Of a DNA stretch of 64,000 nt, positions 45,510 to 54,312 are shown piece by piece. This DNA is from Rhodopseudomonas sp. (GTDB lineage: Bacteria; Pseudomonadota; Alphaproteobacteria; Rhizobiales; Xanthobacteraceae): positions 127,985 through 191,984 of the forward strand of contig NZ_JACABA010000006.1 in the NCBI RefSeq assembly GCF_013377015.1, in the 5' to 3' direction. The position numbers were made by a program, and so were the translations under genes. Every line of letters starts with the position of its first letter. Position 1 is the stretch's first letter. Under the pieces are notes generated by a model that saw only the letters and a program-made list of their open reading frames with translations, searched no databases and was not told the DNA's origin.

Positions 45510-46484
45510 TCATTCCACCTTGCGGATGCGTTCGATCAAATCGGCGCTGACCGGGTCGCGCCGAGCCTTCTGATATAGCGGTGCCATCGCGGCCTCGAAC
45601 GGCTTTCGATCGAACTCGCTGACGATCGTCACGCCCTCGGCTTCGGCCTGCCGGCGCGAATGTCGCTCGAGCTCGGCCCATTTCTCGCGCATGAAACGGT
45701 TTGACTGAACGGCCGCGTCGCGAAATATCTTGCGTTCCTCGGCGGACAGGCCGTCCCAGGCCTTGCGCGACATCACCAGAACTTCCGGACTCATGGTGTG
45801 CTCGGTCAGCGTGTAGTAGGCCGCCAGCCTGGAGTGCCCGGTGGTGACGTAGGACGGCCAGTTGTTCTCGGCGCCGTCGATCAGCCCGGTCGCCAGTCCG
45901 GTATGGACCTGTCCATAGGGCAGTTCGACCGCCTGGGCGCCGAGCGCGGTGAACATCGCCGACATCAGCTCGGATTGCTGGACGCGGATGCGCAGGCCCT
46001 TGAGATCCGCGATGGTGCGGACCGGTCTGATCCTGGTGTAGATCGAGCGTGCGCCGGAATCGTAGAATGTCAGCCCGACGAATCCAAAAGGTTCGAAGCT
46101 GTCGAGAATTTCATTGCCGATCGGCCCGTCGAGCACCTTGCGCAGATGTCCGATCGAGCGGAACAGAAACGGCATCGCCAGTACGTTGATCGCCGGCACG
46201 AAATTGCCGATCAGCGCCACATTGGTGCGGTTGAGCTCGATCGCGCCGGCGCGAGTTTGCTCGATGGTTTCCTTTTCCTCGCCGAGCTGGCGGGAATGAA
46301 ACACCCGGATCCGGTCGCGGCCGCCGCTCCGCTCGGCGATCAGTCGCCCCATGAACTGCAGCGCCTGCACCGTCGGATAGTCCTCGGGCTGGGTATCGGC
46401 GGCGCGGAATTCGCGCGCGATCGTGGGCCTCGGAGCCGCGGCCAGCGCCACGGCGATCAGGAGTGCGGCAAGACGCGGTACCAT
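45510..46484 (-). CDS. TRAP-type (DctP-family) periplasmic substrate-binding protein, orphan
   Basis: ATG at 46484 inside ORF 45510..46556, with signal peptide. LGEEKETIEQTRAGAIEL, LAMPFLFRS, GLRIRVQQS and GLIDGAENNW motifs. The stop is 1 nt from the kinase TTG start. Confidence 0.9.
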   Translation of the reverse strand: MVPRLAALLIAVALAAAPRPTIAREFRAADTQPEDYPTVQALQFMGRLIAERSGGRDRIRVFHSRQLGEEKETIEQTRAGAIELNRTNVALIGNFVPAINVLAMPFLFRSIGHLRKVLDGPIGNEILDSFEPFGFVGLTFYDSGARSIYTRIRPVRTIADLKGLRIRVQQSELMSAMFTALGAQAVELPYGQVHTGLATGLIDGAENNWPSYVTTGHSRLAAYYTLTEHTMSPEVLVMSRKAWDGLSAEERKIFRDAAVQSNRFMREKWAELERHSRRQAEAEGVTIVSEFDRKPFEAAMAPLYQKARRDPVSADLIERIRKVE

Positions 46485-46609
46485 GGCTCGACTGGACAGC
46501 GGCAAGTTCGATCCCATAAGGTTGCGCCGATTTCCGGACCAATGGCGTATCGCCAATCTAGCAGATTGGCCCGGGGAATGGCTATCGGGAGCGATCGGTG
46601 GCGGGGACG

Positions 46610-47938
46610 ATGGCCAGAAAGATCCTGATCCCGATATTGGCGGCGGTGCTGCAGGTCGGCCTTGCCATCGCGTCGCCGGCGCGCGCGGCGACGGAGCTGG
46701 CGTGGTGGCACGCGATGTCCGGCGAACTCGGCCGGCGGTTGGAGAAACTGGCGTCCGACTTCAACGCATCGCAATCCGAGTACCGGGTGGTGCCGACCTA
46801 CAAGGGCAACTATACCGAAACCGTGACCGCCGCGATCTTCGCGTTCCGGTCGCGCAGCCAGCCGGCGATCGTGCAGGTCAACGAGATCGCCACCGCGACG
46901 ATGATGGCGGCGAAGGGCGCGGTCTATCCGGTGTTCGAGCTGATGCGCGACGAGGCCGAGGAGTTCTCGCCGGCCGCCTATCTGCCCGCCATCACCGGCT
47001 ATTACACCGATATCGCCGGCAACATGCTGTCGTTCCCGTTCAACGCCTCGACCCCGATCCTGTACTACAACAAGACGCTGTTTCGCAGCGCCGGCCTCGA
47101 CCCCGAGGCGCCGCCGAAGACCTGGCCCGAGATCGGCGTTGCCGCCAAGCGGCTCCAAGCCGCGGGCGCGGCGTGTGGGTTCACCACGGCGTGGCCGTCC
47201 TGGGTCAATGTCGAGAATTTTTCCGCCTATCACAATCTGCCGCTGGCGACCAAGTCGAACGGCATGGGCGGCATGGACGCGGTGCTGGTCTTCAACAATC
47301 CGACGCTGCAGCGACACATCGCCCAGCTCGCCGAATGGCAGACCACCAAGCTGTTCGACTACAGCGGCCGCGCCACCTCGGCCGAGCCGCGATTCCAGAA
47401 CGGCGAATGCGGCATCTTCATCGGCTCCTCGGCGACCCGCGCCGATATCCTCGCCAATTCGAAATTCGAAGTCGGCTTCGGGCGGCTGCCGTACTGGCCG
47501 GACGTCGCCGGCGCGCCGCAGAACACCATCATCGGCGGCGCGACGCTGTGGGTGCTGCGCGGCCGCCCCAGCGACGAATACAAGGGCGTCGCGAAATTCT
47601 TCGCCTATCTGTCGCGGCCGCAGGTTCAGGCGGACTGGCACCAGCACACCGGGTATTTGCCGATCACGCGGGCGGCCTACGACCTGACCCGCGCCCAGGG
47701 CTTCTATGAGCGCAATCCGGGCACGGCGATTTCGATCGAGCAGATCACGCTGAAGCCGCCGACCGAGAATTCCAAGGGGCTGCGGCTGGGATCCTTCGTG
47801 CTGATCCGCGACGTCATCGACGACGAGCTGGAACAGGCTTTCAGCGGCAAGAAATCAGCGCAGGAGGCGATGGATTCGGCGGTCGAGCGCGGCAACAAGC
47901 TGTTGCGGCAGTTCGAACGGACCAACCCCGATCAGTAA
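46610..47938 (+). CDS. ugpB: sn-glycerol-3-phosphate-type ABC substrate-binding protein (UgpB-like), orphan
   Basis: The ORF track starts at GTG 46598; the ATG is at 46610 (MARKILIPILAAVLQ...). ELAWWHAMSGELG, PAIVQVNEIATATMM, FPFNASTPILYYNK and GGATLWVL motifs. Confidence 0.85.
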   Translation: MARKILIPILAAVLQVGLAIASPARAATELAWWHAMSGELGRRLEKLASDFNASQSEYRVVPTYKGNYTETVTAAIFAFRSRSQPAIVQVNEIATATMMAAKGAVYPVFELMRDEAEEFSPAAYLPAITGYYTDIAGNMLSFPFNASTPILYYNKTLFRSAGLDPEAPPKTWPEIGVAAKRLQAAGAACGFTTAWPSWVNVENFSAYHNLPLATKSNGMGGMDAVLVFNNPTLQRHIAQLAEWQTTKLFDYSGRATSAEPRFQNGECGIFIGSSATRADILANSKFEVGFGRLPYWPDVAGAPQNTIIGGATLWVLRGRPSDEYKGVAKFFAYLSRPQVQADWHQHTGYLPITRAAYDLTRAQGFYERNPGTAISIEQITLKPPTENSKGLRLGSFVLIRDVIDDELEQAFSGKKSAQEAMDSAVERGNKLLRQFERTNPDQ

Positions 47939-47946
47939 GCAGCGGG

Positions 47947-48651
47947 TCAGGCCGTCGCCGACGCCACGCGCTCGTCCCGCGCCACCCGGCCGTCGATGAT
48001 GTGAATCCGGCGATGCATTTGCGCCGCCAGTGCGAGATCGTGGGTGACAGCGACCACGGTTTTGCCGTGCAGCGTCACCAGTTCGCGCAGGATCCCGAAC
48101 ACCTGCGCGGTGGCGACCGAATCCAGGCTGCCGGTGGGCTCGTCGGCCAGGATCACCGGCGGATCGTTGGCCAGCGCGCGGGCGACGGCGACGCGCTGGC
48201 GCTGGCCGCCCGACAATTGATCCGGGGTCTTACGGCGATGATCGCCGAGCCCGAACGAGGCCAGCAATTGTTCGGCGCGCGCCGTGATGGCGCGGGACGG
48301 CAATTGCCCGAGCGCGCGCATCGGCAGCGCGACATTCTCGGTGATGGTGAATTCCGGCAGCAGGAAGTGAAACTGGAACACGAAACCGATGCGCTTGAGC
48401 CGGACCTCGGCGCGGTCGTTCTCGGTCATGCTGGTGGTCGATCGGCCGTCGATCAGGACGTCGCCGCTGCTCGGCAGATCGAGCAGGCCGAGCAGGTACA
48501 GCAGCGACGATTTTCCGCTGCCGGAAGGGCCGGTGACGGCGACGAATTCGCGCGGCACGATCGCGAGGTCGATATCCTGCACTAGCGTCACCGGCACCAC
48601 CCCGGCGAGGATCTTGGTGACGCCCCGCGCCTCGATCAGGGCGGCGCTCAT
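47947..48651 (-). CDS. ABC transporter ATP-binding protein (LolD/DevA/MacB-NBD type)
   Basis: Walker A GPSGSGKSS, signature LSGGQRQRVAVARAL, Walker B ILADEPTGSLD. ATGA overlap with the permease. Confidence 0.9.
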   Translation of the reverse strand: MSAALIEARGVTKILAGVVPVTLVQDIDLAIVPREFVAVTGPSGSGKSSLLYLLGLLDLPSSGDVLIDGRSTTSMTENDRAEVRLKRIGFVFQFHFLLPEFTITENVALPMRALGQLPSRAITARAEQLLASFGLGDHRRKTPDQLSGGQRQRVAVARALANDPPVILADEPTGSLDSVATAQVFGILRELVTLHGKTVVAVTHDLALAAQMHRRIHIIDGRVARDERVASATA

Positions 48652-49883
48652 GTGGCACCCCGGATGATATCGACGGGATGCAGCCGCGCCGCGGCACGGG
48701 CCGGAAAATAGCCGGCGATCAGGCTCGACAGCAGCGCAAAGCTGGTGGCGAGCACGTAGTGCTTGACCGCGTAGAGCACCGGCAGATGGTTGTAGTCGGA
48801 AAATGGCGTCTTGAATTCCAGCGACGCCAGCCCGCGGGTCAGCAGATAGCCGAACACCCAGCCGAGCGCCGCCCCGACCATGCCGACCAGCAGTGCCTCG
48901 ACGATGAAGATCGCCCGGATGGTGTGGTCGCGGAAGCCGAGCGATTTCATGATCGCGATATCGCGGGTTTTCTCGTGGGTGATGGTGGAGATGATGTTGT
49001 AGGTGCCGAACGAGGCGACCAGCAGGATCGCGCCGACGATGGTGTACATCAGCACGTTGCGTAGCGTGATCGCCGACAGCAGGTCTTCCTGCGCCTCCTG
49101 CCAGGAAATCGATTTGTATCCGGTCTGCTCGCCGATCCGCTCCGCGATCAGCCGCGCCGCCATCGGGTCATCAGCGCGGACCCGGATCTCGTTGACGATT
49201 CCGGTCTGCTTTTCCAGGATTTGCGCGGTCTTCAGCAGCACATAGCCGGTGGTCTCGTCCATGGCGCGGAAGCCGGTATGAAAGGTGCCGACGACGGTGG
49301 CGTTCATGTTGGAGCCCTCCGCCGACGCCAGCGTGATGTTGGAATTGACCCGCGCGCCGATCTTGTTGGCGAGCCGGTCGCCGAGCAGGATTGCGTTCGA
49401 GGAGCGATACAGCGAGGTCAGCGTGCCCTGCCGCATGTGGGTCCCCAGGTTGGAGACGTGGACCTCGGTGTGGGGATCGATGCCGACGATCGAGATGTTG
49501 AGATTGCGCCCGGCGAAGCGCAGCAACGCCTTGGACTGCACCGATGGCGTCAGCGAGCCGGGCACCCAGCTCTGCAGCGACGCGATCATCGCCATCGGGT
49601 TCTTGATGCCGGGGCGGCGGACCTGCGGCGTGAGGCCGTGCAGTTCGGCGGCGGCATAGACCATGTCGGCGGGCTGCCGGGTCGGCTCGCGCGATTCGTC
49701 GGTGATCGAGATGTGCGGCAGCGCGTCCACCAGGGTCTTGATGAAATCGTCCTGCGATCCTTCCATCATCGCCGCCATCATGATCGAGAACCCGACCCCC
49801 GTCATCACGCCGGCGATCGCCACCAGGGTCTGACGGGCGCGATGGCGGACGTGGGTCCAGGCGATGGTCAGGATCAGGTTCAT
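48648..49883 (-). CDS. ABC transporter permease (FtsX/LolC/DevC type)
   Basis: ATG at 49883 inside ORF 48648..50339 (MNLILTIAWTHVRHRARQTLVAIAG). 4 TM helices with a large periplasmic loop. C-terminal AGYFPARAAARLHPVDIIR. Confidence 0.9.
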   Translation of the reverse strand: MNLILTIAWTHVRHRARQTLVAIAGVMTGVGFSIMMAAMMEGSQDDFIKTLVDALPHISITDESREPTRQPADMVYAAAELHGLTPQVRRPGIKNPMAMIASLQSWVPGSLTPSVQSKALLRFAGRNLNISIVGIDPHTEVHVSNLGTHMRQGTLTSLYRSSNAILLGDRLANKIGARVNSNITLASAEGSNMNATVVGTFHTGFRAMDETTGYVLLKTAQILEKQTGIVNEIRVRADDPMAARLIAERIGEQTGYKSISWQEAQEDLLSAITLRNVLMYTIVGAILLVASFGTYNIISTITHEKTRDIAIMKSLGFRDHTIRAIFIVEALLVGMVGAALGWVFGYLLTRGLASLEFKTPFSDYNHLPVLYAVKHYVLATSFALLSSLIAGYFPARAAARLHPVDIIRGAT

Positions 49884-50950
49884 GGCGCCGGCGGTCCCGC
49901 CGACGTCGGCCGGACCCGCGCGCCGTCCTTGATGTTGGTGGTCGCCGGAGAGGCGACCAACTCGCCCTCGCTGACGCCGGACAGGATCTCGACGAAGCCG
50001 GTGCCGCGGATGCCGATCTCGACCTTGCGCAGGCGGACCCGATCGCTGTCGATCATCAGCAGGCTGTCGTTGACCACCGCATTTGCGGGAACAAGAATCG
50101 CATCGACCTTCTCCCGGCTGACGATATTGGCCTCGACGCTCATGCCGACCCGCAGCGGCGTGTCGTCCGGCAGTCCGATCCGGACCCGGAAGGTCTTGGC
50201 GACAGGATCCCCGGCCGGAGTGATCTGTTTGACGAATCCGGGCAGCACCTGATTGGCGAAGGCGTCGGTGCGCAGCAGCGCCTTCTGGCCGACCTTGACC
50301 CGCGGGATGTCCTCCTCGTTGACGTCGGAGACTACCCACAGCGGCAATTCCAGGCCGATGCGATAGAGGATGGTGCCCGGTTCGACCATGTCGCCGACCT
50401 CGCCGTCCTCCTTCAGAACGGTGCCGTCCATCGGCGACACCACCTTGTAGTATTCCAGCCGCTGGGTCTGGGCCGCGATCTGCGCCCGGATCCGGGCGAG
50501 GTCGCTTTCGACCCGCTGATAGGCTTGCGAGGTCGCGACCCCGCGCGCCAGCAATTGCTCCTGACGGTCGAACTCCTTGCGCTGGAATACTTCCTGGGCG
50601 CGCAGATCGTTCAGCGTGGCGACCGCTTCCTTATCGTCGAGCCGCGCCAGCACGTCGCCGGCCTTGACGCTCTTGCCCTCGCAGCGGCATCGCGCGACGA
50701 TGCGGCCGCGCACCAGTGGCGTCGAACGCGACCAGGTTTCGGGTTCGACCGATCCGGTCGCATAGACGATTTCCGCGGCGGTGCCGCGCTTGGCCGCGGC
50801 GACGGTGATTGCCGGCGGGCGAAGCAGCCACCAGCCTGCGGCGCATGCCAGCGCGATGCCCAGCGCCGTGACGGTCACGGATTTCCAGCGCGGGGCGCGG
50901 CTTGGCGCCGGCGAGAGCCCGGCGTCGGATCGTTCGGACATGCTGCTCAT
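49880..50950 (-). CDS. periplasmic adaptor (HlyD/MFP family)
   Basis: 356 aa with an N-terminal anchor, a coiled-coil hairpin (RAQEVFQRKEFDRQEQLLARGVATSQAYQRVESDLARIRAQIAAQ) and beta-barrel motifs. Confidence 0.9.
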   Translation of the reverse strand: MSSMSERSDAGLSPAPSRAPRWKSVTVTALGIALACAAGWWLLRPPAITVAAAKRGTAAEIVYATGSVEPETWSRSTPLVRGRIVARCRCEGKSVKAGDVLARLDDKEAVATLNDLRAQEVFQRKEFDRQEQLLARGVATSQAYQRVESDLARIRAQIAAQTQRLEYYKVVSPMDGTVLKEDGEVGDMVEPGTILYRIGLELPLWVVSDVNEEDIPRVKVGQKALLRTDAFANQVLPGFVKQITPAGDPVAKTFRVRIGLPDDTPLRVGMSVEANIVSREKVDAILVPANAVVNDSLLMIDSDRVRLRKVEIGIRGTGFVEILSGVSEGELVASPATTNIKDGARVRPTSAGPPAP

Positions 50951-51195
50951 CTTTCATCCGGATCGTGGATCGATCGTTGCGGCATTGATCTTCCGCAAGG
51001 AACGGCGACCAGGTGAGGCAAGTTGCCGCTGGCGTGGTCGAGGATGCGGAATATTTGGCTTCGGCGGCTGTTCTTATCTGATCGGTGCGAATTGAAACCA
51101 CGCTCGGATTTGCGCTGTCCATCCCGACGCCGATTGGTTTTGGTCAATCGGAGGTCGGGGCCAATTGAGCAGTAGGCAAAGTCGGGACGCTGACA

Positions 51196-51438
51196 ATGCA
51201 AGACAAGCGAAAATTTCCGCGAACCGAGGTCGAGGAGCCGGCGCATATTTCGTTCGGCGGGACCAGTCTGAGCTGTACGGTGCGGAATATTTCCGATGAG
51301 GGAGCGGCGATCGACGTCGACAACGCGTCCTACATCCCAGAACGGTTCCGACTGGTGATGTTGCCCGACCCTGTGGTGCGCAACTGTCGGCTGGTCTGGA
51401 TCAAGCAAAACCGGATCGGGGTGGCGTTCGAAGCTTAG
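51196..51438 (+). CDS. single-domain PilZ protein (putative c-di-GMP receptor)
   Basis: 80 aa. KRKFPR (RxxxR-like) and NISDEGAAI (D/NxSxxG) motifs with the spacing typical of PilZ. Confidence 0.7.
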   Translation: MQDKRKFPRTEVEEPAHISFGGTSLSCTVRNISDEGAAIDVDNASYIPERFRLVMLPDPVVRNCRLVWIKQNRIGVAFEA

Positions 51439-51468
51439 CGCGGATTCGTCAACGTCCCCCGGGGCAGG

Positions 51469-51711
51469 CTAGTCGACCTCGGGCCGCCCAGCATAGCCGC
51501 AATAGCCGTGTTTCTCCGGCTCGCCCGACAGGCCGCCCTTGTAGTGCGAGATATGGAATTCGCGCCAGCCCATGCAGTGGCCGGCGATACAGTGATACAT
51601 CTTCTCGGAATTCTCGAAGCCGTCGGTCATGCTGTTGTTCAGGCGGTTGCTGTTGTCGATGCGCACGAAGGGGCACCATTTCGCGCGCGCAACACTTTCA
51701 CTGATCAGCAT
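51469..51711 (-). CDS. small Cys/His-rich protein (hypothetical, probable metal-binding)
   Basis: 80 aa, GC3-rich codons. KWCPF, HCIAGHCMGWR and HGYCGYAG motifs (4 Cys, 6 His). No TM segment or signal peptide. Confidence 0.6.
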   Translation of the reverse strand: MLISESVARAKWCPFVRIDNSNRLNNSMTDGFENSEKMYHCIAGHCMGWREFHISHYKGGLSGEPEKHGYCGYAGRPEVD

Positions 51712-51982
51712 GACGGTTTTCCAAACAATAAGCGTCAGTTTGGAGGTAACGCGTTAAGACGTGGTGAATGAGGACCTTGGTGAAAACCACAGGCTCGATC
51801 GCGCCCGCGCGCCGCCAAACCTGAACTATAATTCTTGCCTTCGGCGATCGCCGCGAACTAAGGTGCGTGAACGTTTCGGGAAGCAGACCTCGGAGGACGC
51901 CGGCGGCGGTGCCGTGGCCTGCGTTCGCGTTCGCACATAAGAACAGCCACCAGGCAAGAAACCACGAGAGGGAGAGTCACCG

Positions 51983-53191
51983 ATGTCCGAATTCCGTCGT
52001 TTGCCGCCGATATCCCGCCGCGCCTTGCTGTCGGGCGCCGCCGGCGTCGCCACGCTCGCGGTCGCCTCGCCGTTCCGCGCGCCGGCGATCGCGCAGCACG
52101 CGCCGCTCAGGGTCGGGCTGATGCTGCCCTACACCGGTACGTTTGCGAAGCTCGGTAAATTCATCGACGACGGCTTCCGGCTGCGGATCGAGCAGAACGG
52201 CGGCAAGCTCGGCGGCCGCGAGGTCGAGTTCGTCCAGGTCGATGACGAATCCAAGCCCGCCGCCGCCACCGACAACATGAATCGGCTGGTCGGCCGCGAC
52301 AAGGTCGACGTCGTGGTCGGCACCGTGCATTCGGGCGTGGCGATGGCGATGGTCAAGGTCGCGCGCGACACCAACACGCTGCTGATCATCCCCAATGCCG
52401 GCGCCAACGACGCCACCGGGCCGGCCTGCGCGCCGAACATCTTCCGCACCTCGTTCTCGAACTGGCAGACCACCTACCCGATGGGCAAGGTGATGGCCGC
52501 CGCGGGCATCAAGAACGTCGTCACCATCACCTGGAAATACACCGCGGGCGCGGAAATGATCGGCGCCTTCGCGGAAAGCTTCACCGCCAATGGTGGCAAG
52601 ATCGTCGAGGATCTGACGCTGCCGTTCCCCGAGGTCGAATTCCAGGCGCTGATCACGCGGATCGCACAGCTCAAGCCGGACGCGGTGTTCAGCTTCTTCG
52701 CCGGCGGCGGCGCGGTGAAGTTCGTCAAGGACTACGCGGAGGCCGGCCTCAACAAGACCATTCCGCTGTACGGCGCAGGCTTCCTCACCGACGGCACCCT
52801 CGAGGCGCAGGGCGCGGCCGCCGACGGCATCAAGACCACGCTGCATTACGCCGACAACCTGCTCAATCCCGCCAACGTCGCGTTCCTGAAGGCGTTCAAG
52901 GCCAAGACTGGCAATGACGGCGACATCTACGCGGTGCAGGGTTTCGATGCGGCGGCGTTACTGAACATCGGGCTCACCGCGGTGAAGGGCGACACCCATG
53001 CGCGCGACCGGATGGTCGCGGCGATGGCGGCGGCGAAGATCGACAGCCCGCGCGGTCCGCTGTCGTTCAACAAGGCGCATAATCCGATCCAGAACATCTA
53101 TCTGCGCGAGGTCAAGAACGGCCGCAACGAAATGCTGTCGATCGCCCAGGCCGACGTCGACGATCCGGCGCGCGGCTGCAAGATGACGTGA
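51983..53191 (+). CDS. ABC transporter substrate-binding protein (LivK-type; likely aromatic-acid/benzoate-related by context)
   Basis: GGGAGAG RBS. Tat-like signal peptide SRRALLSGAAGVATLAVASP. LRVGLMLPYTGTFAKLG motif. Confidence 0.9.
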   Translation: MSEFRRLPPISRRALLSGAAGVATLAVASPFRAPAIAQHAPLRVGLMLPYTGTFAKLGKFIDDGFRLRIEQNGGKLGGREVEFVQVDDESKPAAATDNMNRLVGRDKVDVVVGTVHSGVAMAMVKVARDTNTLLIIPNAGANDATGPACAPNIFRTSFSNWQTTYPMGKVMAAAGIKNVVTITWKYTAGAEMIGAFAESFTANGGKIVEDLTLPFPEVEFQALITRIAQLKPDAVFSFFAGGGAVKFVKDYAEAGLNKTIPLYGAGFLTDGTLEAQGAAADGIKTTLHYADNLLNPANVAFLKAFKAKTGNDGDIYAVQGFDAAALLNIGLTAVKGDTHARDRMVAAMAAAKIDSPRGPLSFNKAHNPIQNIYLREVKNGRNEMLSIAQADVDDPARGCKMT

Positions 53192-53226
53192 GGGTCGGGC
53201 TTCGACAGAAGTGCTGAGTGAGAATT

Positions 53227-53257
53227 CGTCATGGCCGGGACAAGCCCGGCTAAGACG
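53227..53257. repeat. short hairpin repeat (CGTCATGGCCGGG family)
   Basis: CGTCATGGCCGGGACAAGCCCGGCTAAGACG. A near-identical element lies at 59413-59443. Confidence 0.65.
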
Positions 53258-53284
53258 TTGAGGGGGTAGTTGCAACAACAAACG

Positions 53285-53398
53285 CCGTCATTCCGGGGCG
53301 CGAGCTCTTGCGAGCGAACCCGGAATCTTGCGCCGCGCCGCTGTGGCGAGATTCCGGGTTCGCTCGCAGCTTCGCTGCTCGCGCCTCGGAATGACGGA
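53285..53398. repeat. 114-bp nested inverted-repeat element inside the ABC operon intergenic region
   Basis: Outer arms CCGTCATTCCGGGGCGCGAGC (53285-53305) and GCTCGCGCCTCGGAATGACGG (53378-53398), 1 mismatch. Inner arms CGAGCGAACCCGGAATCT (53311-53328) and AGATTCCGGGTTCGCTCG (53350-53367), perfect. Confidence 0.8.
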
Positions 53399-53438
53399 TC
53401 TATTCGCCAAGATTGCGGCTTCCAACCGGATTGCCTGA

Positions 53439-54311
53439 ATGGACCTCATCACCTTCGGCGTTCAGCTCTTGAACGCCATCCAGTATGGAATGGTGCTGTT
53501 CCTGGTCGCCAGCGGGCTGACGCTGGTGTTCGGCATTCTCGGCGTGATCAATCTCGCCCACGGTGCATTCTATATGCTGGGCGCCTATCTGGCCTACTGG
53601 ATCGCAGCAGCGACCGGCAATTTCCTGATCGCCGTGGTGGCCGGCGTGGCGATCGCCTTCGTGGTCGGGTTGCTGTTGGAAAACGTCTTCATCCGCCGGC
53701 TTTACGGCCGCGACCATCTGGCGCAGGTGTTGCTGTCGTTCGGGCTGATCCTGGTGATCGACGAAGTCCGCGAGATGCTGTTCGGTAAGGACGTCCACGC
53801 GGTGACGCCGCCCGCATGGCTGTCGGGCTCGATCCAGCTCACCACCAACCTGTCCTATCCGGTGTACCGGCTGGCGATCTGCGTGTTCTGTCTGGCCGTC
53901 GCCGGCCTGATCTTCCTGGTCATCACCCGCACCAAGATCGGAATGATCGTGCGCGCCGGCGCCGAGAATCGCGAAATGACGCGCGTGCTCGGCATCAACT
54001 ACGATTCCGTCAATCGCTACGTGTTCGCCACCGGCATCGCGCTGGCTGCGCTCGGCGGTATCGTGATCGCGCCGATCTCCACGGTGTTTCCCGGCATGGG
54101 CGATAGCATGCTGATTCTGTCCTTTGTCGTGGTGGTGCTGGGCGGGATCGGCTCGGTGGCCGGTGCCGCGATCGGCGCGCTGCTGATCGGCCTGACCGAC
54201 ACCTTCGGCAAGGTGTTCTTCCCCAGCGTGTCGGGCATTCTGATCTATCTGCTGATGGCGCTGGTTCTGCTGTGGCGCCCGAACGGCATTCTGGGCCGGC
54301 GGGAAATCTGA
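53439..54311 (+). CDS. branched-chain-type ABC permease (LivH-like)
   Basis: 290 aa, multi-TM. GLTLVFGILGVINLAHGAFYMLGAY motif. Confidence 0.9.
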   Translation: MDLITFGVQLLNAIQYGMVLFLVASGLTLVFGILGVINLAHGAFYMLGAYLAYWIAAATGNFLIAVVAGVAIAFVVGLLLENVFIRRLYGRDHLAQVLLSFGLILVIDEVREMLFGKDVHAVTPPAWLSGSIQLTTNLSYPVYRLAICVFCLAVAGLIFLVITRTKIGMIVRAGAENREMTRVLGINYDSVNRYVFATGIALAALGGIVIAPISTVFPGMGDSMLILSFVVVVLGGIGSVAGAAIGALLIGLTDTFGKVFFPSVSGILIYLLMALVLLWRPNGILGRREI

Positions 54312-54312
54312 C

